A stretch of 28,665 nt of DNA from a virus (Duplodnaviria; Caudoviricetes): IMG/VR virus record IMGVR_UViG_3300046655_000132, positions 1 through 28,665 of that record; one strand, given 5' to 3'. A model generated the notes under the pieces. The model was not told the DNA's origin. It was given only the letters and a program-made list of their open reading frames with translations, and made no database searches. This document shows, piece after piece, positions 18,324 to 24,504 of this stretch (position 1 is its first letter; every line of letters starts with the position of its first letter). The translations under genes were made by a program, and so were the position numbers.

Positions 18324-18791
18324 ATGTACAAGTATAGAGTTGATGTGATAAAGGTTATTGATGGCGACACGGTGGATGTTGATATCGATTTAGGATTTGG
18401 TGTCTGGTTAAAGAAAGAACGAGTGAGACTGTATGGAATTGACACACCAGAATCCAGAACCAGAGATTTAGAAGAAAAGAAATTTGGATTACTCGCAAAA
18501 GACTTTCTACAGGAAGCTTTAATGGGAGATAAATATGGTGAGGTATTACTACAAACTCATAAAGATGAGAAGGGTAAGTTTGGTAGAATACTGGGAGAAT
18601 TTATTGTAGTAGATAACGCTGGACATCCTACGTTTGAAGTAGAATTAAATTTGAACGATATGATGATAGAACAAAAACTTGCGGTTGCCTATCACGGACA
18701 GAGTAAAGATGATATTGAAGAAGGTCATCTAAAGAACAGAGAATACCTTTATGAAAATGGAAAGGTAGAGTTTGAAATTGTGGAAAGTTAA
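18324..18791 (+). CDS. Thermonuclease (SNase-like) nuclease
   Basis: VIDGDTVDV, RVRLYGIDTPE, KFGRILG; no signal peptide. Confidence 0.88.
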   Translation: MYKYRVDVIKVIDGDTVDVDIDLGFGVWLKKERVRLYGIDTPESRTRDLEEKKFGLLAKDFLQEALMGDKYGEVLLQTHKDEKGKFGRILGEFIVVDNAGHPTFEVELNLNDMMIEQKLAVAYHGQSKDDIEEGHLKNREYLYENGKVEFEIVES

Positions 18792-20158
18792 TGAAAGACT
18801 ATAAAGAAATATTTCTCAGAGAAAAACTTCGAAGAGTTGCACAGGACAAAGATATTGAAGACAAAGAGGGTACTCAACCAAAGAAGTACTATGCCGGAGA
18901 TATGTCTAAAGCAACTAAAGATAAACGTGCAGCACATTTTAAAAAGAAGAAGTCTGGGCCTGCTCCTGGCGATGCTGGTGCGAAAACAAAACCATCCAAA
19001 CATACATTAAAGTATAAGAAGATGTATGGAGAGGAAGAGAATGAAGCAGTATCTCCTGCTCAACAAGCAGCAATTGCTATTGTAAAAAAAGAAAAAGAAA
19101 AGAAAAAACAACAAGAGAAACTTGATCCCAAGAAAGACGATGCCGGAGATTACATAGACGATTTCCGCAAGTCAGATGCTCCTCAGTTCAAGGGTAAGTC
19201 TGATAAAAAGATCCAGAAGATGGCAATCGCTGCATATCTCAAAGATAAGGAGAAATCAGAAGAAGTCGATTTAGAAGAGGGCATAAATGATCCCTCTATA
19301 TTCAAGGCAGTATTCCTCGCTGGTGGGCCTGGATCTGGTAAGTCATTTATCGTAGGTCAAACTGGACTAGTTTCTCTTGGTATGAAACTTGTCAATTCGG
19401 ATCCAGCATTTGAGAAGTTACTCAAGAAAGCAGGATTATCAACAACTCCAGATGATATAATGTCTCCGCAAGGACAAGCCGTCAGAGGTAAAGCAACTAA
19501 ACTGACAGATATCCAGAAGTCGATGTATATTAAGGGAAGATTGGGACTTGTCATTGATGGAACTGGAAAGAACTTTAAGAAGATATTAACACAAAAGAGA
19601 TACTTGGATCAACTTGGATATGACTCTGCGATGATTTTTGTTAACACGGATCTTGAGACTGCATTAGAAAGAAACAGAAATCGCTCAAGACAACTACCAG
19701 ACGCAGAAGTTGAAAAGATGTGGAAAGGAGTTCAGAAGAATATCGGTAGATTCCAGAACACATTTAAGACAAACTTTTATGTGGTCGATAACTCTGATGG
19801 TGCAGATTTCGCAAGAGATTCTAAGAGAGTTTATAAGGATATTAAAACTTGGTCTGTCAAACCCCCCAAGAATAGTATCGGAAAAGATTGGATATCTCAG
19901 GTGAAGAAACAAAGAGGTATCAAGGAGGATTACTCTATGGATATATATGAAGATCAAGAATCAAAGATGGCACTAACTCAACTCAGAGCACTCGCAGATA
20001 AAGCAGAACAACTCTCAGATGAATTAGTCGGGATGCTTAGAGATTCTCCTAATCAGGATATAGAATTGGACGCATGGGTTCAGGCAAAGATTACTAAGGC
20101 AAGTGATTATATGACATCCGTCTATGATTACATGATGTATTCGGAGAAAGATGAGTGA
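18791..20158 (+). CDS. Modular protein with a central P-loop kinase domain (PNK/zeta-toxin-like) and several small modules
   Basis: AVFLAGGPGSGKS, LVIDGTG, lid ALERNRNRSR; small flanking modules separated by E-rich linkers such as EEVDLEE. Confidence 0.78.
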   Translation: MKDYKEIFLREKLRRVAQDKDIEDKEGTQPKKYYAGDMSKATKDKRAAHFKKKKSGPAPGDAGAKTKPSKHTLKYKKMYGEEENEAVSPAQQAAIAIVKKEKEKKKQQEKLDPKKDDAGDYIDDFRKSDAPQFKGKSDKKIQKMAIAAYLKDKEKSEEVDLEEGINDPSIFKAVFLAGGPGSGKSFIVGQTGLVSLGMKLVNSDPAFEKLLKKAGLSTTPDDIMSPQGQAVRGKATKLTDIQKSMYIKGRLGLVIDGTGKNFKKILTQKRYLDQLGYDSAMIFVNTDLETALERNRNRSRQLPDAEVEKMWKGVQKNIGRFQNTFKTNFYVVDNSDGADFARDSKRVYKDIKTWSVKPPKNSIGKDWISQVKKQRGIKEDYSMDIYEDQESKMALTQLRALADKAEQLSDELVGMLRDSPNQDIELDAWVQAKITKASDYMTSVYDYMMYSEKDE

Positions 20159-20173
20159 AAGATTTCAAACAAT
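20143..20173 (+). repeat. 31-bp direct repeat, left copy
   Basis: GGAGAAAGATGAGTGAAAGATTTCAAACAAT, identical to 20589-20619. Confidence 0.95.
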
Positions 20174-20193
20174 TGCGAAGAAGGTAAAAGAAG

Positions 20194-20604
20194 ATGAACA
20201 TACAACATGACCCACTTTATGACGTTGAAAAAATAGAAAAAATCTACACAGAAAAGGATGGTATAGAAGTAAAGTATGTTTGCACTTCAGATTTAACAAC
20301 AAGTGATGTGCCTATGGATATTTTCTATAGAGCAACGCCTCACCCTAAATTTGGTAATAGATATTTTGGATTGTACTACGATAAACAACAACACAGTCCA
20401 ATGATTACTAATGCTGATACTGTAGAATCACTTGGGTTCGGTATGATTGAAGTAGACGGTAAGTATTATTACAGTCAGTCACACCACGACTATAAAGTTG
20501 TAGGAAATAAGATGATAGACGGTGGTAGAGCATATACTCGTTCTAGCGGCGGCACAACAAGTATGGAATTAATTGATGGTAATTTTAGGGAGAAAGATGA
20601 GTGA
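20194..20604 (+). CDS. Hypothetical phage protein bracketed by direct repeats
   Basis: 136-aa ORF with PHPKFGNRYFG and SHHDY...IDGGRAY motifs. Confidence 0.8.
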   Translation: MNIQHDPLYDVEKIEKIYTEKDGIEVKYVCTSDLTTSDVPMDIFYRATPHPKFGNRYFGLYYDKQQHSPMITNADTVESLGFGMIEVDGKYYYSQSHHDYKVVGNKMIDGGRAYTRSSGGTTSMELIDGNFREKDE

Positions 20605-20619
20605 AAGATTTCAAACAAT
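20589..20619 (+). repeat. 31-bp direct repeat, right copy
   Basis: Identical to 20143-20173; includes the SD, the GTGA stop/start overlap and the first codons of the next gene. Confidence 0.95.
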
Positions 20620-20924
20620 ACCTCACAGAGAAGGTTAAAGTAGAAGTACAGAATCCACAAAGTCTTGAAGATTTCGAAGATCCTCAAGTATACTTTAATG
20701 GAGCTTATACTTACAGCACTCTCAACATGAAGTTGAAGGGTTATGTGGATCAACTATCTCGCGCAGTCAAAATGAAGAACTGGAAACAAGCCGGAAGTCT
20801 CGTGGAGAAAGGTGGAATGTCTATGAATATTCCGGATCTCGTTGAGGCAATTGAACAAGTTGAAAAAGAAATGGGTTCTAGGACATGGAAAGCAAAGAGA
20901 ACCAAAATGAAAAAGAAAGGATAA
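20601..20924 (+). CDS. Hypothetical protein with a capsid-targeting-like N-terminus
   Basis: GTG start with GGAG SD; MKDFKQYLTE. Confidence 0.75.
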   Translation: MKDFKQYLTEKVKVEVQNPQSLEDFEDPQVYFNGAYTYSTLNMKLKGYVDQLSRAVKMKNWKQAGSLVEKGGMSMNIPDLVEAIEQVEKEMGSRTWKAKRTKMKKKG

Positions 20925-20927
20925 ATT

Positions 20928-21104
20928 ATGAGCGTTAGTGAAAAACAAGATTTAGTAAATACTCTGAGAAGAGAAATTGCATATGCAGAGTCGAAGGTTC
21001 GTCCATCTGCGACAGGACATATTATTACTGCAATCAGCTGGTTGAAAACCAGAGTGGAAGAATTAGAAACACAACTCAACGAAGAGTATTTGGAAGCTTT
21101 ATAA
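20928..21104 (+). CDS. Small hypothetical protein (58 aa; not in the ORF track)
   Basis: MSVSEKQDLVNTLRREIAYAESKVRPSATGHIITAISWLKTRVEELETQLNEEYLEAL; SD AAGGA; TAATG overlap with the next gene. Confidence 0.75.
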   Translation: MSVSEKQDLVNTLRREIAYAESKVRPSATGHIITAISWLKTRVEELETQLNEEYLEAL

Positions 21105-21655
21105 TGAAAAGTTTTGCATCTTATAATAAACCTATATGTGAAGATTGCAGTGAAGCAATCCGATTTCATTTAGAGAACGACATACCATTTTTGGAGAATA
21201 TCTTTCGAATGGGTTCTGAAGGATTTTTTGAATTCTTTATAGAGGCCAAAGGATTATATCAGGAAGGTAAGTTAGAACATCTAAATGAATCCGATATAGA
21301 GATCTTAAATACTGACATAGGAAACTTTGCAGAGTTTGAAGGTGAAGAAGTTCCACTGGATTTACCTATGTCAGAAGAAGAAAAAGATGTAGAACTGAAT
21401 AAACCAAAAAGGGGCGGTAGTAAAAAATATTATGTATACGTTAAAAACGATAAAGGAAATGTAATAAAGATTTCTTTTGGTGACGATACTGGCCTTTCTG
21501 CAAAAATCAATGACCCCGAAGCGAGAAAATCTTTTGTTGCGCGACATAATTGTGCTCAGAAAAACGATAAAACAAAGGCTGGATATTGGGCTTGTCGTTT
21601 ACCTAAGTACGCCAAAGCATTAGGACTTTCTGGTGGGGGTAATTTCTTTTGGTAG
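21104..21655 (+). CDS. Conserved phage protein with an acidic N-terminal part and a basic C-terminal domain
   Basis: KKYYVYVK...KISFGD...ARKSFVARHNC...KAGYWAC domain, common in marine T4-like phages. Confidence 0.8.
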   Translation: MKSFASYNKPICEDCSEAIRFHLENDIPFLENIFRMGSEGFFEFFIEAKGLYQEGKLEHLNESDIEILNTDIGNFAEFEGEEVPLDLPMSEEEKDVELNKPKRGGSKKYYVYVKNDKGNVIKISFGDDTGLSAKINDPEARKSFVARHNCAQKNDKTKAGYWACRLPKYAKALGLSGGGNFFW

Positions 21656-21924
21656 AACCATACGTTCAAACCTCAATAACATCAAACAAATTCCTTAGAA
21701 CATTCACAGATACCGTCGATGAAGAGTCTCTCGTATGGCACAGAGATGTAAACACAAGACATATGAGAGTAATAGAAGTAGGAGATTGGTATTTCCAGAA
21801 AGATAATATTTTACCAGAAAAGTTAAAAGTTGATGATGAGTTTATTATATGGGAAATGGAATATCATAGGTTGATAAAAGAAAGTGGCCACCTTATTATC
21901 GAAATTACTGAGTTCTGGAAATAA
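21649..21924 (+). CDS. Small cupin-like protein
   Basis: LVWHRD...EYHRLIK metal-ligand pattern; TTG start overlapping the upstream stop. Confidence 0.62.
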   Translation: MVEPYVQTSITSNKFLRTFTDTVDEESLVWHRDVNTRHMRVIEVGDWYFQKDNILPEKLKVDDEFIIWEMEYHRLIKESGHLIIEITEFWK

Positions 21925-21931
21925 CGAACAG

Positions 21932-21938
21932 ATAAATA
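21932..21938 (+). promoter_or_regulatory. Possible late promoter
   Basis: ATAAATA in the intergenic gap, just before ATG 21947. Confidence 0.5.
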
Positions 21939-21946
21939 GTATTACT

Positions 21947-22363
21947 ATGAGTAACGAATACAAATACGAAGATATAGATTACGGTTTCACTGCGGTCGAT
22001 GAAGATGAACTCTCGGAGCTCAGATCTGCGCCCCAAGAAGTTGCGGTCAAGATCGATGGTGTAGATAGTGAAATACAAAACCTTGGTATCAAAATACAAG
22101 AATTGGTAGAACTCCAGACAGATATTATGTCTGAGTTGGTCGATACGAAACAACTGTATCAGGAAAAACTGAGCGGATTAGATATAACCAGTGAAGTGAC
22201 TGAAGATAAGTTGATGAAAGTAGAGAAACTTATTATGCCACTTCTTTATAATTTATTGAAAAATAAAGAAAAAGATTATATCTACTGGCCCAATCGTGAA
22301 CCGATTATTAGAACTCAGATAGAAAAGATACTTGAAATAACAAGGACTTCCGATGAAGGATAA
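21947..22363 (+). CDS. Conserved hypothetical protein
   Basis: DYGFTAVDEDEL...IMPLLYNLLKNKEKDYIYWPNR. ATG 21947 is preferred over GTG 21884. Confidence 0.78.
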   Translation: MSNEYKYEDIDYGFTAVDEDELSELRSAPQEVAVKIDGVDSEIQNLGIKIQELVELQTDIMSELVDTKQLYQEKLSGLDITSEVTEDKLMKVEKLIMPLLYNLLKNKEKDYIYWPNREPIIRTQIEKILEITRTSDEG

Positions 22364-23738
22364 AGTAGTCTTCACTTTCGGCAGATTTAATCCTCCAACA
22401 ACAGGTCACGAAAAATTGTTGGATAAGGTTTTTGCTGTTGCAAAAAAAGAGGGTGCCGACTTCTTGGTATTCCCTAGTCATTCTCAGAACCCGAAGAAAG
22501 ACCCATTGGATTTTAGATCCAAGGTCAAGTTTATGAAGAAGATGTTTCCGAAGTATTCTAAGAACATCATGTCAAATAATAAAGTCAAGACTGCGTTTAA
22601 TGCTGTCAGTCTTATCCATGAACTGGGTTATAAAGAAGCAATAATGGTTGTGGGCGGAGATAGAGTATCAGAGTTTGATAATGTTCTCAACAAATACAAT
22701 GGTGTCGAAGGCAGACATGGTTTTTATGAATTTGAAGGTGGAGTCAAAATAGTATCTGCAGGAGAAAGAGATCCAGATGCAGAAGGTGTCTCAGGTATGT
22801 CTGCATCCAAGATGAGAGCGGCCGCCGCAGCGAATGATTACGATTCGTTTAAGAACGGATTGCCCTCCAAGTTTAGAGGTGGAGAACTTCTCTTTAAGAT
22901 GATTAGAAAGGCAATGAAGGTAGAAGATACTGAACTTGGTCTATTCCTTGGTTCGGATGTCCATACCTTTAGAGAGTTTGTAGAGTCTCCTACAGTAGAA
23001 TCTATAGAAGTATTTGATGACAAGGAACTCATACAAGAATTTTATATCCCAGTTGAACTACAGAAGAGAGAATCATCTATCTCAGGATTCAAGTCTTTTC
23101 TTAGTGAAGAGAAGTTAGATGAACTGGTAAGTCAAAAGCAAATAGATGATTTGGAGAAGTTTGCTGATAAGCTTCTAAAAAAGTACCAAATTGATGTCGA
23201 ATTCACAAAACACTTTGTAGATAGAATCAACGACAAAAGAAACACTCCGGAGATCAAGGTTGCAGAACTTCAAAAAATCTTTAAAAAGATTAAGAATAAT
23301 AAGGGCAATCAGATCAAATCTAACGCAGACGATCAAGCAATCATCAAAGACATCTCCAGTTACCTCAACATCCCAGTAGTTATAAAGAAAGATAAAGACG
23401 GCAAAACAAAACTTACCGCAAAAACCATCATGCGTAAGAAGAACTTCTCTAGTTCTAACTTTGTATTGAAGTATGAAGAATTAGATCATACTCAGATCGA
23501 TGAGATATTCGACAATTTTCCTTGGATGAGTCGCGCTGCAGAGAAGGTATTTAAAAGGAGTAGATATAGGGCAGCGTTGAAATACTTCTTGCAGGCCTAT
23601 GAAAAAGACCCAAAACATTCAGCACATGATGCCTTCAGTCACGCATCCCAAACCTTCAATCTGCGCCCTAGAAGATTTAAGGATTTTCTTGACGAACTGA
23701 TAGCAAAGGGACTTTTACCTCCGAAGTACTCTTTCTAA
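22353..23738 (+). CDS. Cytidylyltransferase/NMNAT-like HIGH-superfamily nucleotidyltransferase fused to extra C-terminal domains
   Basis: FTFGRFNPPTTGH, VVGGDRV, AGERDPDAEG, SASKMR; then acidic linkers, an FTKHFVDR domain and a terminal helical module. Confidence 0.85.
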   Translation: MKDKVVFTFGRFNPPTTGHEKLLDKVFAVAKKEGADFLVFPSHSQNPKKDPLDFRSKVKFMKKMFPKYSKNIMSNNKVKTAFNAVSLIHELGYKEAIMVVGGDRVSEFDNVLNKYNGVEGRHGFYEFEGGVKIVSAGERDPDAEGVSGMSASKMRAAAAANDYDSFKNGLPSKFRGGELLFKMIRKAMKVEDTELGLFLGSDVHTFREFVESPTVESIEVFDDKELIQEFYIPVELQKRESSISGFKSFLSEEKLDELVSQKQIDDLEKFADKLLKKYQIDVEFTKHFVDRINDKRNTPEIKVAELQKIFKKIKNNKGNQIKSNADDQAIIKDISSYLNIPVVIKKDKDGKTKLTAKTIMRKKNFSSSNFVLKYEELDHTQIDEIFDNFPWMSRAAEKVFKRSRYRAALKYFLQAYEKDPKHSAHDAFSHASQTFNLRPRRFKDFLDELIAKGLLPPKYSF

Positions 23739-23742
23739 AAAT

Positions 23743-23750
23743 TATAAATA
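23743..23750 (+). promoter_or_regulatory. T4-type late promoter
   Basis: Exact TATAAATA in the intergenic gap; a variant CTAAATA follows at 23767-23773. Confidence 0.8.
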
Positions 23751-23782
23751 TTGAGGACAAATATACCTAAATAGGAATCGTT

Positions 23783-24499
23783 ATGAAATCTGGTCGCAAA
23801 TCGTTCAAAAATTTCCTTGAGTGGCATAAAGAAGAAGGCACAGAAAGAAGAGTCCGTGGGGGAGATAAGAGGAAACCTCGCAATAAAGAGTTGGAGGAAT
23901 CTGACGAAGCACTCAAATCTAAAGCAGAGAAAAGTGGCATTTCTCTTGGAATTCTAAAACAAGTTTACAATCGTGGAATGGCCGCATACAAGACAGGTCA
24001 TCGCCCGGGCACAACTGCACAACAATGGGCCCTTGCTCGTGTCAATTCGTTTATCACCAAAGGAAAGGGAACATGGGGTGGTGCAGATAAAGACCTTGCT
24101 GCAAAGGCTAGAGGTGGAACCAAGAAAGAACAGGCTCCGTGTTGGGATGGTTACAAACAAGTAGGAATGAAGAAGAAAGGGAACAAAATGGTTCCCGATT
24201 GTGTTCCGGAGTCTTTTAGTGGAGCAGAGAAACAACCATTCAAATCCAAAGCTGGTGCTGGAGAGTTTGCATCCAAAGAATTAGAAAAGAAGTATCGTAA
24301 AGGAACTCCCGGCCAACCCAAGAAAAAGGTTGAGGATGTCACTGTGACTGAAGCAAAAGGCCCGGGGAAGTATATAAAGTCCGGAGATAAACAGAAATAT
24401 CAGTGGGGCGATATAAATCAAGCATTAATGGATTCTGGTGTAAGTCCGAGAGTCATTTTAAATGTTTCAACTGCTCTTGCTAAAAAGGAAGTTGGGTAA
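23783..24499 (+). CDS. Modular basic protein (DUF5824-like domain and a CWxGY...VPxCV module)
   Basis: KSGISLGILKQVYNRGMAAYKTGHRPG..QQWALARVNSF; PCWDGYKQVGMKKKGNKMVPDCVPE; SD AGGA. Confidence 0.78.
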   Translation: MKSGRKSFKNFLEWHKEEGTERRVRGGDKRKPRNKELEESDEALKSKAEKSGISLGILKQVYNRGMAAYKTGHRPGTTAQQWALARVNSFITKGKGTWGGADKDLAAKARGGTKKEQAPCWDGYKQVGMKKKGNKMVPDCVPESFSGAEKQPFKSKAGAGEFASKELEKKYRKGTPGQPKKKVEDVTVTEAKGPGKYIKSGDKQKYQWGDINQALMDSGVSPRVILNVSTALAKKEVG

Positions 24500-24504
24500 A
24501 CACT

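Noticed and set aside
1428-18791. Methyltransferase plus SNase nuclease as a restriction-modification pair
   Set aside because: They are more than 15 kb apart, in different temporal classes, and SNase-type nucleases are not sequence-specific restriction enzymes.
20143-20619. IS element or prophage att sites
   Set aside because: No transposase, integrase or terminal inverted repeats; kept only as a direct-repeat-flanked gene.
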